Shown: positions 45,079-55,049 of the stretch, in pieces
How the letters are laid out: the number at the start of each line of letters is the position of its first letter
How positions within the stretch are numbered: the first letter of the stretch is position 1
IMG/VR virus record: IMGVR_UViG_3300005532_000006
Span: 1-64,000 of that record
DNA: 64,000 nucleotides
From: a virus
Direction: 5' to 3' (one strand)
Made by a program: the position numbers and the translations under genes
Notes under the pieces: generated by a model
Databases searched by the model: none
The model's input: only the letters and a program-made list of their open reading frames with translations
Told to the model about the DNA's origin: nothing

Positions 45079-45576
45079 CTAGTTGTTCAGGTTGACGTTC
45101 TCGGTGATGAACTTCATCACGTTGTTACCCGCAGTACCGGAGAACGTGAGCCCGGTGAAGTTGCCCAAGATCCACAGGAAGTTCCGCGGCGGCAGCAGGA
45201 TCGCCGAGACGGATCCCATCATCTTCGTCAAGGCGGTGCCGCTCTCGATCGGGATGATCGCGGCCGGAGCCCAGGGCGGCGTGTAAGCAGCCTGGACGCC
45301 GGCGGTCAGCTGGCCGTCGCCGTAGGTCGTGCCGTCTTCCTGGAGCGGGGCAATCCATAGCGCGATATAGGCACCGGCCGATGGCGTGGACGATGCGATC
45401 GTGATTTCGACCGACGCGTCGGCGAACATATCAAGGTTCGCGCCGTTCGCGATGGCCGCTCCAGAAGACAGCACCACGTCGCCCGAAGGCAGGCTGGTCA
45501 GATCGGCGGCGCCGAAACCGCTGGTCCAGGTCAGGCCAGCGCCGTTCCCTGCTGTCCATGCGGTTCGATTCGCCAT
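45079..45576 (-). CDS. Hypothetical virion protein
   Basis: Operon context, beta-rich. Confidence 0.65.
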   Translation of the reverse strand: MANRTAWTAGNGAGLTWTSGFGAADLTSLPSGDVVLSSGAAIANGANLDMFADASVEITIASSTPSAGAYIALWIAPLQEDGTTYGDGQLTAGVQAAYTPPWAPAAIIPIESGTALTKMMGSVSAILLPPRNFLWILGNFTGLTFSGTAGNNVMKFITENVNLNN

Positions 45577-45579
45577 GAC

Positions 45580-46104
45580 TTAGGCCCCGTAAGTTCCCAG
45601 AGGGATGAGTCCAGCCGCTTCCAGGTCCATGATCGTGATCGGGTCCGCGTAGCCGTTAGCGACGCGCCACAGCACTGTCGTGTCCGCCATCGCGAGCAAT
45701 GCCGTGACGTCGGCCGCAACAATCCCGCTGGCGCTATCCGCGGCGAGCGCGTTCAGAAAGTTCTCGACCGCGGTACCAGTGGCCGGGTTCGACATCTGAA
45801 ACGAGGTTATGCTCGGGGTCGAGAGCAGCGTCAGAAGCTCTTTTGCCGCGACCAGCGACTGCGGCTGCTGCCCGGTCCCGGCGACATAGGTCTGCAACCC
45901 CGTCAGTTTGCCCTGGAGGGCGAGATAGGCGATGACCGATCCGATCGGCACATCGACCTTCGATCCGGCCACGACCCATCCGTTAATGGCATCGGCCTTC
46001 TGCTGGTTCGTCATCGAACCAATGAGCGCTGTACCGGTGACCCCGGAAGGTGGCTGCGTCGATGAGTTCCACGCAGTCTTGAGGGCCGTGTAATCGCGCG
46101 GCAT
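45580..46104 (-). CDS. Hypothetical virion protein
   Basis: Start overlaps the upstream stop. Confidence 0.65.
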   Translation of the reverse strand: MPRDYTALKTAWNSSTQPPSGVTGTALIGSMTNQQKADAINGWVVAGSKVDVPIGSVIAYLALQGKLTGLQTYVAGTGQQPQSLVAAKELLTLLSTPSITSFQMSNPATGTAVENFLNALAADSASGIVAADVTALLAMADTTVLWRVANGYADPITIMDLEAAGLIPLGTYGA

Positions 46105-46769
46105 TAGTTGATCCGCAAGATCGCGCTTGACGAATTGTTGGTCGGCAGCACCAGGGTCAGGGTGCCGGCGGTGACCTTCTGCTCGCCGCCGAAGTCGCCG
46201 ACATACACCGCGCGGCCCGCAGCGCCCGCTCGCGTCGAATTGTTGTAGAACATGCAGCCCTGGACATCGAGGGTCGCCGAGGCCCAGGACGGGTTCGTGC
46301 TCCACGACCAGAACGCCGTGGTTCCCGAAGTCGCCGGGGTGGTGTTGGCGGTCAGCGTCTGGCCGCCGGCCGTGTATCCGGCACCGGTTGCCTCGTCAGA
46401 ATTGCCGGTGATGTTCGAATAGTTCGTGGAGGCGGCGCCGTACGTGCCGGCACAGCCGTTCTTGATCAGCGCGACATTGAACGTGTCGCCGGCGCAGGTC
46501 AGCGTCGTGCCGCTGTTGGTCGCGGTCGCGGCCTGCGACAGGGTGAGGGTCGTCGAGGTCGGGAGGTCGGCGATGAACGTGTTCGCCGGGATGCCCGTGC
46601 CGGAAATCGCCATGCCGCGGCAGAGATTGGCCGGCGACGACAGCGACGTTACCCCGGTGCTCGTGTTCGTCGTGTTGCCCGTCGGGGTTTGCGACCCGGT
46701 AAAGCAGTGCATGCCTTGGGCAAGTTCCTGCTTGAAGCTGGTCGGGAAAGCGGTGGTCGTTCCGGCCAT
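46104..46769 (-). CDS. Phage fibre-anchoring-like structural protein
   Basis: TSFKQEL...EATGAGYTAGGQTL...DFGG pattern common in phage structural genes. Confidence 0.7.
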   Translation of the reverse strand: MAGTTTAFPTSFKQELAQGMHCFTGSQTPTGNTTNTSTGVTSLSSPANLCRGMAISGTGIPANTFIADLPTSTTLTLSQAATATNSGTTLTCAGDTFNVALIKNGCAGTYGAASTNYSNITGNSDEATGAGYTAGGQTLTANTTPATSGTTAFWSWSTNPSWASATLDVQGCMFYNNSTRAGAAGRAVYVGDFGGEQKVTAGTLTLVLPTNNSSSAILRIN

Positions 46770-47339
46770 TTACGCCTCCGCCGCAGAGGGATGGGCGCCC
46801 GGATGGCGCGCCGCCTTGAAGGCGAGGACGCTTGGGTGCCGTGGATCGTGGTCCGGGTTCGGAACGGCCCTACCGTCGGCAGCGATGTTGTGCCCGTTGG
46901 CGTGCCAGTCGCGCTCGATATCGACGACGGAGGAAAAGTCCATCAGCAATCGATCGCGCAGCATCGCCCGCACCTCTTCCTTGTCGAAGTGCGCGAACAG
47001 ATCAGGATGAAGCTTGGCCTCATCCACGACAGCCTCAACGCACGCATCGACGTCGATGTGGTCGTGCACCGCCGCGTGCGGCGCACCGTCGAGCCGGGCA
47101 TGACCGTGCTCTGCCACTGCGGCGCGCTCTTTGTCCTGCACGGTTTGGTGATGGCTCTTCAGCACCTTGTAGAGATTGCGCTCCAGGTCGTCCCGGGCCT
47201 CGCGGATCTCGATCGCCTTGGCCAACGCGCTCTTCTCGTCGACCTCGATCAGGTGGTTGGCGATCATCCAAGCCGTCATCCGCGCCCATTTTTCGGGCGG
47301 GTGCGGGCCGTAATCCGTGGTCAGGACGCCGACTTGCAT
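46770..47339 (-). CDS. Hypothetical protein
   Basis: 189-aa ORF in operon. Confidence 0.65.
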   Translation of the reverse strand: MQVGVLTTDYGPHPPEKWARMTAWMIANHLIEVDEKSALAKAIEIREARDDLERNLYKVLKSHHQTVQDKERAAVAEHGHARLDGAPHAAVHDHIDVDACVEAVVDEAKLHPDLFAHFDKEEVRAMLRDRLLMDFSSVVDIERDWHANGHNIAADGRAVPNPDHDPRHPSVLAFKAARHPGAHPSAAEA

Positions 47340-47348
47340 GGTCTGGCC

Positions 47349-48254
47349 TCAATTGGTGAAGGTGATCGAGGGTGCCGTACCGAGGGTGCTGTTGCCCATC
47401 TCGGTCTGGCTTTCCATGACGATGATCTCCGCCGCCGCTATCGTTTGCGTCGTGGCGTAGTCGCACTCGACCCCGATGATGCGGCGATAAAGGTTCGCCT
47501 TTTCCGGATCGTCGAGCCAGTGGTCGGCGCCCATCGTGATGCGCATGCCGGAGCCGTCGGCGAGGGTCACCCACTCGATGCAGCCGGCGGTGAATTGCGC
47601 ACTCAGTGCCTGCCGGAGCGGGATGCCGATCTGGTCGCGCAAGGCGGGGGTCGGGGTCCACACGTGCAGGTCGACCATCTGCGCCTGGCGCGAGATTTCG
47701 CGGATCGCGGTGCCGGTCACGCCGATGCGGCCGATGATCGAAAACGCGGCCGGGATCGTGATGACCTCTCCCACTGCGGACGCGGGAGTGGCGGCGTTGA
47801 TGAGAGCCGCGAGGGAAGCGGCGATGGTGTTCAGCGTATCGGATGGGGTCGTCTGGTAGACGAAGCCCTGATAGGCGGTGCCGAACCCGACGATGGCGGC
47901 GACGTTCTGAACAGCGCCGTTCGCTCCCGGCGCCGCGCCGCCGATGGTCAGCGTATCGCCCGCGACGGTGATCGTCAGCGTCGCGGTTGGGCGCGACAGT
48001 TCCTGCCACTTGGCTGGGTTGCGGGTGAGGTTCCGGAACCCGTTCGGGACTGGGTAGATCGAGATCAGCGCCTGTGGGTTGGCGGCGCTGTAGCTGGCGG
48101 CGATGCCGTTGAGGGTCGCTTCCGTGGGCCAGCCGTTGCCGATCGCAATCAGGGTGTTCGGCACGACCGTCGAAAGACCGCCGCCGCTGGGGATGCCCAA
48201 TGCCGTCAGCGCGATCGATTTGAGCGCGTTGCAGACATCGACGAGGTCTGCCAT
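47349..48254 (-). CDS. Tail terminator / neck-like protein
   Basis: MADLVDV.NAL...GWP...LYRRII..DYATT; synteny. Confidence 0.7.
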   Translation of the reverse strand: MADLVDVCNALKSIALTALGIPSGGGLSTVVPNTLIAIGNGWPTEATLNGIAASYSAANPQALISIYPVPNGFRNLTRNPAKWQELSRPTATLTITVAGDTLTIGGAAPGANGAVQNVAAIVGFGTAYQGFVYQTTPSDTLNTIAASLAALINAATPASAVGEVITIPAAFSIIGRIGVTGTAIREISRQAQMVDLHVWTPTPALRDQIGIPLRQALSAQFTAGCIEWVTLADGSGMRITMGADHWLDDPEKANLYRRIIGVECDYATTQTIAAAEIIVMESQTEMGNSTLGTAPSITFTN

Positions 48255-48269
48255 GCGCGCTCCGTCACG

Positions 48270-48632
48270 TTACGCGGTCAGCAGCTCGGCCCGAATGTCG
48301 TAGCCGAGGGCGGTCCAGTAAGGCGCCTCGATCTGGTAGCGCAGCCCCTGATCGTCGGTCACGACATCAGTTTGTCGAAGCGACCCGAGGGGAAGCGCAG
48401 GGGTGACCGGAAGAAAGATTTTCCACAGGGTGCGGCCCTCGGCATCCGAGGGGACGCGCGCATCGGGTCGGGTACCGTGCCGGTCGAACTGGATGCTCGC
48501 CGGGATGTTGCTGGCGATGACCGTCTCGTTGGCCTCTTCGAGGCCGAGATAGCCGGCGTCGCCCGAGGTCGTGGCAAGCGCCGGCCGGGTGATCGTGACG
48601 GTGCGGTCGTAGAGCGCCTGCGGGTCGGCCAC
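48270..48632 (-). CDS. Head-closure/stopper protein
   Basis: RTVTITRP...DVVTDDQGLRYQI; synteny. Confidence 0.7.
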   Translation of the reverse strand: MADPQALYDRTVTITRPALATTSGDAGYLGLEEANETVIASNIPASIQFDRHGTRPDARVPSDAEGRTLWKIFLPVTPALPLGSLRQTDVVTDDQGLRYQIEAPYWTALGYDIRAELLTA

Positions 48633-49094
48633 TTATTCGACCTCGTCGATCTCGGCCTGGGTTTCCGGTCCTACGGGTGCCACCGGGAGAAAATCGTCCG
48701 TCATGCCGATGTTGAAGTTCGGCGGCACGCGATCGCTGTCCTGCGTCTGCTGCGCCTTGTCGGAAATGCTGATGCCGCCGGCGTACGGCATGCCGCCCCC
48801 GCGGGCTGCCGCGAGGTTCTTGTATTCGGCGGCCATGGCGCGGTAGGCCTTTGCGCGCTGGCTGTAGGCGATTTTCGTTTGCCCCGCCGACTGATCGGCA
48901 AGCGAGGAGAATTTTGCGGCCACTTGGGAGCAGGCCATCGCGGCGGCGCCGTACACCGTCGGCACCTGCGTCAGATCGAATGCGATCTCTTCATCCTGCA
49001 GCAGCGGATTTGTCGAGTTGGTGTCGCCGATCAGCAGGCGCACTTGGTCTTTCTGCGACGAACCGACCCCAACCGCATTGTAGGACCAAGTCAT
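48633..49094 (-). CDS. Head-tail adaptor protein
   Basis: MTWSY...DQVRLLIGDT...LLQDEEI. Confidence 0.8.
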   Translation of the reverse strand: MTWSYNAVGVGSSQKDQVRLLIGDTNSTNPLLQDEEIAFDLTQVPTVYGAAAMACSQVAAKFSSLADQSAGQTKIAYSQRAKAYRAMAAEYKNLAAARGGGMPYAGGISISDKAQQTQDSDRVPPNFNIGMTDDFLPVAPVGPETQAEIDEVE

Positions 49095-51563
49095 CTACTG
49101 AAAATTCCCGATGACGCAAAGCTGGCCGGCCGCGCCATTGCCGCCGGCACCACCGGTCGCGCTGTAGCCGCCGGCTCCGCCGCCGCCGCCGTAATTCCCG
49201 CCAACACCGCCGTTGCCGCCGGTCGCCGAGTTCTGCACGCCGCCGCCGCCGCCGCCGCCGCCGCCGGGGCTGATCGCCGTTGTGCCGCCGACACCATTGC
49301 CGCCAGCGCCACCGGTGCCGCCGGTCACCGCAGCCGTCGAGCCGCCGCCACCGCCGCCGCCCGATCCGTGCGAACCAGAACCGCCCGCGGTTGGGGAAGC
49401 GCCGCCGGTTCCGCCAGTGCCGCCCGCAGTGCTGTCCTGCGCCGCGCCGCCAGCCTGACCGTTGATGCCGCTGCCGGCCGTCCCGACGCTACCGCCATCG
49501 GATGCGCCGCCGCCAGCGCCGCCTTGATTGGAGCCGGATTGGGCACCGCCGGCCGCGCCCGCGCCATGCGGACCGCCAGCACCGCCAGCACCGGCCGCGG
49601 CATAGCCGACCTGATCGTTGGTCCCGCCCGATCCGCCATTGTGGCCGGTCGTTCCGGTGCCGCCGGAACCGCCAGATCCCGCAGCGCCTGCCGCTGTCCC
49701 GCCGCCGCCGCCATTGGCGACAACGACGGTGCTGTCCCATGTCGTTGCGCCGCCAGCCGTCCCGTTCCCGGACGGGGCTCCCCCAGCCCCGCCGCTGCCG
49801 ATGACGATGGCCTTGCTGGTGCCTGAGGCATACGCGAGCGACGCGGCGCGGTACTCGCCGCCGCCGCCCGGCCCGCCGATAGAAACGCCGCCGTTCGAGC
49901 CGGCTCCGCCGCCGCCGCCGCCAATCGCCTCGACGGTGATGTTCGAGCCGTCGCTGTTCTTGTTGAACGTCGCCGAGGAGGTAAAGCACACCGTCTGGCG
50001 CGTGTAGCCGAGGAAAGGACCGCCGCCGCCGAACAGGGAGATCATGCCGCCGCTCGACAGCGGGGTGCCGCCGCTTGCGAACTCGACCGCGCCCATCGCC
50101 GTTGGGCTGCTGCGCGTCGTGCCGAAGAAATCGACGCTCGGTGCCGCGAACCCGCCCGCTGCGCCAATCGCCGGCGATCCTGCCTGAAGATGGAAATTCG
50201 CCACGCTGGTGAAGCCGGGGCTGGTCAGCTTCGGGTCGCCGGTAATGTCGTTCGCGCCCGTGACCGCTGCGCCCGCCCCCTGGAAACGGTCGTTGTAATT
50301 GCCGCCGAGAGTGCCGGTCCCGAGCGAACCTATCGTGTAATTGTCGGTAGTGTTCTTCGAATAAAGGATATTCGCGAAGTAGCGGGCCGAGTTGTTGTTG
50401 CTGTCCACTTCGCCGTTGGCCGAGCACGGCGCGGCGCAGCCGGATTGCAGCGCGCCCGTCCCGTTCGGCGACTGCTGGTTCTCATAGACCGTATTGTAGA
50501 CGAGATCGCAGGCGGCGGGCGCGCCGGATACCGCCGTCACGTTGATGCAGTGCGCCCCGTCGCCGGAGTTTCCGGTCAGGATGTTGTTCATGATCAGGAC
50601 CGACCCGGTATAGGTCGAGGTCCCGCCGATGATGATGCCGTTGCCATCCGAACGATGGCCGGTCTGCGTCTCGGTGACCTGCTCGTTGTTGTTGTACGAC
50701 CAGTTGCCGACGACGCAGATGTGATAGAGGTTGCCCGACGTATCGTCCGGGCAGGTCATGCCGGGACTGCTGTCGAGCGCCAAGGGGAGAGATGAAATCC
50801 CGGAGCCGCCTGCCGGCGAATAGTAGGCGTTGTCGTGCGCCGCGTTGTAGGCGTAGATCAGGTAGTCCTGCGGCGCGCCACCACCGTTGGACGCTCCCTC
50901 GATGCCCGAGGAGCCGTGAAAGTAGACCTCGACCCCTTCAACCGTGATGTGGTGCCCGTAGGCGCCAACGGCGTTGCCGTTGCAGATGAAGGCCGAGGGG
51001 TTGGCGACGCACGCCGCGAGATTGTCGGCATAGCCGCCGCCGAGGATCGTATTCGCCTGATCGTCGCCGCCGTAGATTTTCCAGCAGCTCGACACGCAGG
51101 TCGGGCCGTGCAGCGGGTTGCCGAGGATCGAGATATAATTCACGCCCTCGACTTCTATGCCGTAGAAGAGGACGTGGTTGTTGCTGGCGCTCGGGCCGTT
51201 GAGGCGGGAAATCGTGACGACGTTGCCGCCGGCACAGCCATCGGCGGCGCGTACGGAAAGCTTGATCGGGTTGCCGGATGTCCCGCTTGGCGAGCCTGAG
51301 CTGCCGCCGAAATGCACGACGCGCTGATCCGAAGCCCCGCCGGTCTGGCCGTTTTCGAACGTCCCGTCATACGTCGCGGTGTCATCGACGCACACCGTAT
51401 CGCCCGCGACCGCGGCCGAGATGCCTTTCCAGATGTGTTGGAACGGGCTTCCGGAGGTGCCGGGGTTGCTGTCGGAGCCGGTCTGCTGGACGTGGTAGAC
51501 CGTCGCCCAGGCCGGGCTCGACACCAGCGCGAAGAGCGCGGCGGCGAGAACGATGCGCCGCAT
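49095..51563 (-). CDS. Secreted-type parallel beta-helix protein with Gly-rich C-terminal domain
   Basis: Signal peptide; YHVQQTGSDSNPGTSGSPF; SDGNGII; FHLQAGSPAIGAA; GGGGG tracts. Confidence 0.8.
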   Translation of the reverse strand: MRRIVLAAALFALVSSPAWATVYHVQQTGSDSNPGTSGSPFQHIWKGISAAVAGDTVCVDDTATYDGTFENGQTGGASDQRVVHFGGSSGSPSGTSGNPIKLSVRAADGCAGGNVVTISRLNGPSASNNHVLFYGIEVEGVNYISILGNPLHGPTCVSSCWKIYGGDDQANTILGGGYADNLAACVANPSAFICNGNAVGAYGHHITVEGVEVYFHGSSGIEGASNGGGAPQDYLIYAYNAAHDNAYYSPAGGSGISSLPLALDSSPGMTCPDDTSGNLYHICVVGNWSYNNNEQVTETQTGHRSDGNGIIIGGTSTYTGSVLIMNNILTGNSGDGAHCINVTAVSGAPAACDLVYNTVYENQQSPNGTGALQSGCAAPCSANGEVDSNNNSARYFANILYSKNTTDNYTIGSLGTGTLGGNYNDRFQGAGAAVTGANDITGDPKLTSPGFTSVANFHLQAGSPAIGAAGGFAAPSVDFFGTTRSSPTAMGAVEFASGGTPLSSGGMISLFGGGGPFLGYTRQTVCFTSSATFNKNSDGSNITVEAIGGGGGGAGSNGGVSIGGPGGGGEYRAASLAYASGTSKAIVIGSGGAGGAPSGNGTAGGATTWDSTVVVANGGGGGTAAGAAGSGGSGGTGTTGHNGGSGGTNDQVGYAAAGAGGAGGPHGAGAAGGAQSGSNQGGAGGGASDGGSVGTAGSGINGQAGGAAQDSTAGGTGGTGGASPTAGGSGSHGSGGGGGGGSTAAVTGGTGGAGGNGVGGTTAISPGGGGGGGGGVQNSATGGNGGVGGNYGGGGGAGGYSATGGAGGNGAAGQLCVIGNFQ

Positions 51564-52276
51564 CAGTTGACCGTCCAGGAGCCGGTCAGGGCGCCGATCT
51601 GGTAGTGCGTTGCGTCGCGGCCGGTGAGGCAAACCCGGTCACCCAGGGCACCGGCGCTGACCATCGTACCGGTGCCGGCAGTTCCGTAGCCGGAGTGGTC
51701 GGTCTTTTCGTACGCATCGCTGCCGCCGAGCGCGGCCAAAGTGATGGCGGTTGAAACCCCGGTGTCGTTGTAGACGCAATATTCGGCGGCGGCCGCCGGG
51801 GTCGGCAGGGTGATCGTGCAGGCCCCGGTGCAGACGAAATACGCGGCGGTGCCCGAGAGGGTGTGAGCGCCGGAGCCGGCCGAGAGAGTCGGAGCGCTGC
51901 CGCCTCCGGCCGGCGCGGCCCAGGTTCCGTCGGCGCGCAGGTAATTCGTGGTGCCGCCGCCCGAGGCTGGGACAAGGCCCTGGAGAGAAGATGAGAACTG
52001 GTTCAGGGCTGCGGTGAGCACCGCCGCGGTCAACGATCCGCCAAGGCCGACGGCTTGGCCGGCGATCGTCAGCGAGTTCGCAAGACCGCCAAAGCTTCCG
52101 GCGTTGTTGTATTGAATCTGGCCGTTGGTGCCGCCCGGCGGGGTCGATCCGCCACCGCCGCCGCTGCTGCCACCGCCAATGTCGGCCCAAGCCGTTCCGG
52201 CCAATAGGCCGAGCGTGAACGCTCCTGCTGCAGCGCGTCTCGCGATGGCGGCGATCCGTGTTCCGAGCGGCGTCAT
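51563..52276 (-). CDS. Fibre-like protein with signal-like N-terminus
   Basis: GGTNGQIQYNNAGSFGG, GLVPASGGGTTNYLRADGTW. Confidence 0.7.
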   Translation of the reverse strand: MTPLGTRIAAIARRAAAGAFTLGLLAGTAWADIGGGSSGGGGGSTPPGGTNGQIQYNNAGSFGGLANSLTIAGQAVGLGGSLTAAVLTAALNQFSSSLQGLVPASGGGTTNYLRADGTWAAPAGGGSAPTLSAGSGAHTLSGTAAYFVCTGACTITLPTPAAAAEYCVYNDTGVSTAITLAALGGSDAYEKTDHSGYGTAGTGTMVSAGALGDRVCLTGRDATHYQIGALTGSWTVN

Positions 52277-52281
52277 CGGGA

Positions 52282-52692
52282 TCACCAGGAGTGCGCGCCG
52301 ACGAAGCTGCCGGCCGTCCCAAAAACGCGAATCCGCCCGGTATGCGGCATCCCGGCCATATCCATCCATGAGCCGATGCCGTTCAGACCCAAGGGCAAGA
52401 TCGTGCATTTTCCGGGGGTACAGTTCGTTCCCGTGTCTGTTCCGTCATCCAGCGTCACGTAGTAGGCGACGCTCGACGAGACGACGATGAGGTAACCGAG
52501 CCGGTGGCCACCAGCGGCTGGGATTGTCGTCAGCAACGTCAGCCCGGAAAGCGATGGCGGGTTGACGCTGTAGTCCGAGCCGTTGATGCCGGACGCGTAT
52601 TCCGGTTGCACGGCCGCCGCATTCGCGACAGATGCAACCAGCAATATCGAGGCGAGGACCAGGAGAAGGCGAGACAGCCAGGCGCGCATCAT
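52282..52692 (-). CDS. Secreted hypothetical protein
   Basis: Hydrophobic N-terminus LLLVLASILLVASVANA. Confidence 0.65.
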   Translation of the reverse strand: MMRAWLSRLLLVLASILLVASVANAAAVQPEYASGINGSDYSVNPPSLSGLTLLTTIPAAGGHRLGYLIVVSSSVAYYVTLDDGTDTGTNCTPGKCTILPLGLNGIGSWMDMAGMPHTGRIRVFGTAGSFVGAHSW

Positions 52693-52784
52693 CGCCCTCC
52701 ACGCAGGAACAGCACGAACAGGATGAGAAGGCCGCCGGCGACCAGAGCGGTCGCGAGGGCCTCCATCAGTGCAATCAGGACCGT

Positions 52785-53327
52785 CTAGTCCGAAGCTACG
52801 ACGTACCAGCCGTTGAGGGTCACATCGTTCGCCGCCGCCGTCCCGGTCTGGCCGGTGACCTTGAGCGTAATGGCCGACGTATCGGTTTCGGTGCCGCTCT
52901 GGTTGACGACGCCGCCATGCGTGGCTCCGGTGATCAGCTGGCCGCTGATGACCTGCGAGTTGGCGCCGGCTTTGGCGATGACCATTTCGAGGGCCCAGCC
53001 GACATTGGCGCCGGTCTGCGCGCCGGTCGAAACGACCTCCGACCCGAAATACAGCTTCGCGGTCTTCGAGTGCGCGTTGTTGGCGAGCATGCCCCACGCG
53101 TAGATGTAGAGCATGCGGCCGACGACATCGAGGGAATTGGCCGGCAGCGAGAAGCTGTCGAGCGTGTCTTCGGTCGTGTCGTTGCCATTGCCGAGGCCGG
53201 CCGCGGACAGCTTCGAATAGATGTTGCCGGATGCGCCGAACGTCGCGCCGGACTTGCCGAACTGGAACAGGCTTCCGGCAGGAACGAGGATCTTGCCCTT
53301 GAAGCGCTGGATGAAGCCATTAGCCAT
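52785..53327 (-). CDS. Hypothetical virion protein
   Basis: 180 aa beta-rich; SD AAGGA. Confidence 0.7.
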   Translation of the reverse strand: MANGFIQRFKGKILVPAGSLFQFGKSGATFGASGNIYSKLSAAGLGNGNDTTEDTLDSFSLPANSLDVVGRMLYIYAWGMLANNAHSKTAKLYFGSEVVSTGAQTGANVGWALEMVIAKAGANSQVISGQLITGATHGGVVNQSGTETDTSAITLKVTGQTGTAAANDVTLNGWYVVASD

Positions 53328-53383
53328 GGGTGATGTTCCTTCTCAGGGACGGCCGGCGTCATCCCGACGCGGGCATTGTAATT

Positions 53384-53740
53384 TCAGCCGGCCGCCAGCG
53401 CCTGCGCCGCTTCGCGCGTCATCGGCTCGGCGGTGATCCGCCAGCCTTCGACCACACCGAATTCGCCCTTGCCGAGCGACACGACGAACTTCCGCGCCGG
53501 GCCTCGGTTCTCTGCCGGATCGGGATCCCGCGGGAATGGCGCGATATAGCGGTTGTTGACCAGCGCCCGCAGGTTCGACGCCGGAATAGCGAGCAGCGTC
53601 TCGCGCGGCAGGCGGTCGCCCTTGCGGAAGGTTTGGGCGCCGACCGTGAAGGGCCGGAAGACTTGCGCGCCGCCCATCTCTGCGGCATCGACGATGCCGA
53701 TCAGGCGCGGGGGCGAAAACGGGACGCGGGCGGCTTCCAT
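53384..53740 (-). CDS. Hypothetical protein downstream of the major capsid gene
   Basis: SD GAGGA; synteny. Confidence 0.6.
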   Translation of the reverse strand: MEAARVPFSPPRLIGIVDAAEMGGAQVFRPFTVGAQTFRKGDRLPRETLLAIPASNLRALVNNRYIAPFPRDPDPAENRGPARKFVVSLGKGEFGVVEGWRITAEPMTREAAQALAAG

Positions 53741-53850
53741 TTTTTGGACTTCCTCTGATCGAAAGATGGTGGGCGGGGCCGATTGGTCCCGGCCGCACTG
53801 GTGGCTCCCCCCGCCGGAGCGGGGGGCCGTCACTCAGGGGTTCGCGGCGG

Positions 53851-54846
53851 CTACTGGACGATGCCGCTGAAGAAGTAGCCGAGGTCGCTCCCGACCACCT
53901 GCATGTCGAAGGACATTTCGCCCTCGATGCGCACGGTGTTGTTGCCGCGCCACGGCATCGGGATTTCCAGGATGCGGACGCCCATGTTGTTGAGGCCGGT
54001 GTAGCCTTCCCACGGGAAGATGTAGCCGGCCGAGGCGACCATCAGGCCCGGCGCATCGGCGCGGTGGCAGAGCAATGCGCTCTTGCCCATCGTGAAGCTG
54101 TAGGACCCGGCGATGCCTTCCGATGCGGTGTTGTAGACCGCCTTCGAGACCAGCACCTCCTCCACGTCGAACGCCGCGGCGAGCAGCTGCGGGGTGATCG
54201 ACTTGGCGTCCGCCTGCATCGTGTACTTGATGCGGTCGACGACGAGCGGGTGCTTGCGCAGCGCCGCATACACCGGATAGGACAGCACGAGGATGTTGGC
54301 CTCGTGGCCGGTGTTCTGCAGGATCGTGCTCTGGCCGACTTCGACATCGGTGAACGGATCGCCGCCGGCATCGTCGTTCCAGAAGGCCGGGGTCGTGGTG
54401 CCCGGCGTGCCGCCGGCGGTGCCGGTGTTGTCCGTGCCCCAGACGCCGGTCGTCATGTACTTCGCCATGAAGAACCGCTCGCGGCGGATCAGCAGGCGCT
54501 GCATGACAAACTTCGTGGCGGCGACATCGATGTCGAGCGCCGGATCGGCGTTGCGGCGGGTCTGGTCGCCGATGTCCTTGTGGAACGCCCACACGGAGGC
54601 CGAATAGCTATTGGTCGAAAGCGTGAAGCCGCCGCCGGCCGACTCCTCGGCGTCGGCGCGCAACTGCGCTTCGTCACGGAAGTAATCGTCCTTCGAGAAG
54701 ACGAAATACTTGTCGGACTGATGCACGACCGGCACGGTCGGGAACACCTTGTCGGCGACGTAGTGGGCCTCGTCCTGGAGGTACGCGACCGAGATGTCGG
54801 TCAGGGCCGCGTTGACATGGACGTCCGAGTTTGAAGGTTGCGGCAT
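53851..54846 (-). CDS. Major capsid protein
   Basis: VHVNAALTDISVAY...VADKVFPTVPV...SDLGYFF; 331 aa. Confidence 0.92.
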   Translation of the reverse strand: MPQPSNSDVHVNAALTDISVAYLQDEAHYVADKVFPTVPVVHQSDKYFVFSKDDYFRDEAQLRADAEESAGGGFTLSTNSYSASVWAFHKDIGDQTRRNADPALDIDVAATKFVMQRLLIRRERFFMAKYMTTGVWGTDNTGTAGGTPGTTTPAFWNDDAGGDPFTDVEVGQSTILQNTGHEANILVLSYPVYAALRKHPLVVDRIKYTMQADAKSITPQLLAAAFDVEEVLVSKAVYNTASEGIAGSYSFTMGKSALLCHRADAPGLMVASAGYIFPWEGYTGLNNMGVRILEIPMPWRGNNTVRIEGEMSFDMQVVGSDLGYFFSGIVQ

Positions 54847-55049
54847 AGTGCCATCTCCATCAATGGGATCGCGCGCCTCTCGGCGGGCTTTTCCGCAGGG
54901 TTTACGTGGACAGCAGCCGCACGCGGCCCGCGATCCTTCGGAGACGAAGGGGCGGCGGTCTCACGACCCTGCGGCGGTGGGCCTTGCCCAAGGGCCAGAC
55001 GGGGCAAGGCCGGCACCCGAGGGCACCGGCCTATGGAGTGAGCGGCCGA

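Noticed and set aside
46689-49826. 1045-aa plus-strand ORF (and similar long antisense ORFs such as 28..1338, 17555..19057, 27335..28948)
   Set aside because: Shadow frames of high-GC minus-strand genes; Arg/Ala-rich with no motifs
49130-49925. GCC-rich tandem repeats
   Set aside because: They encode the glycine-rich domain of the 49095..51563 protein and are not an independent repeat element
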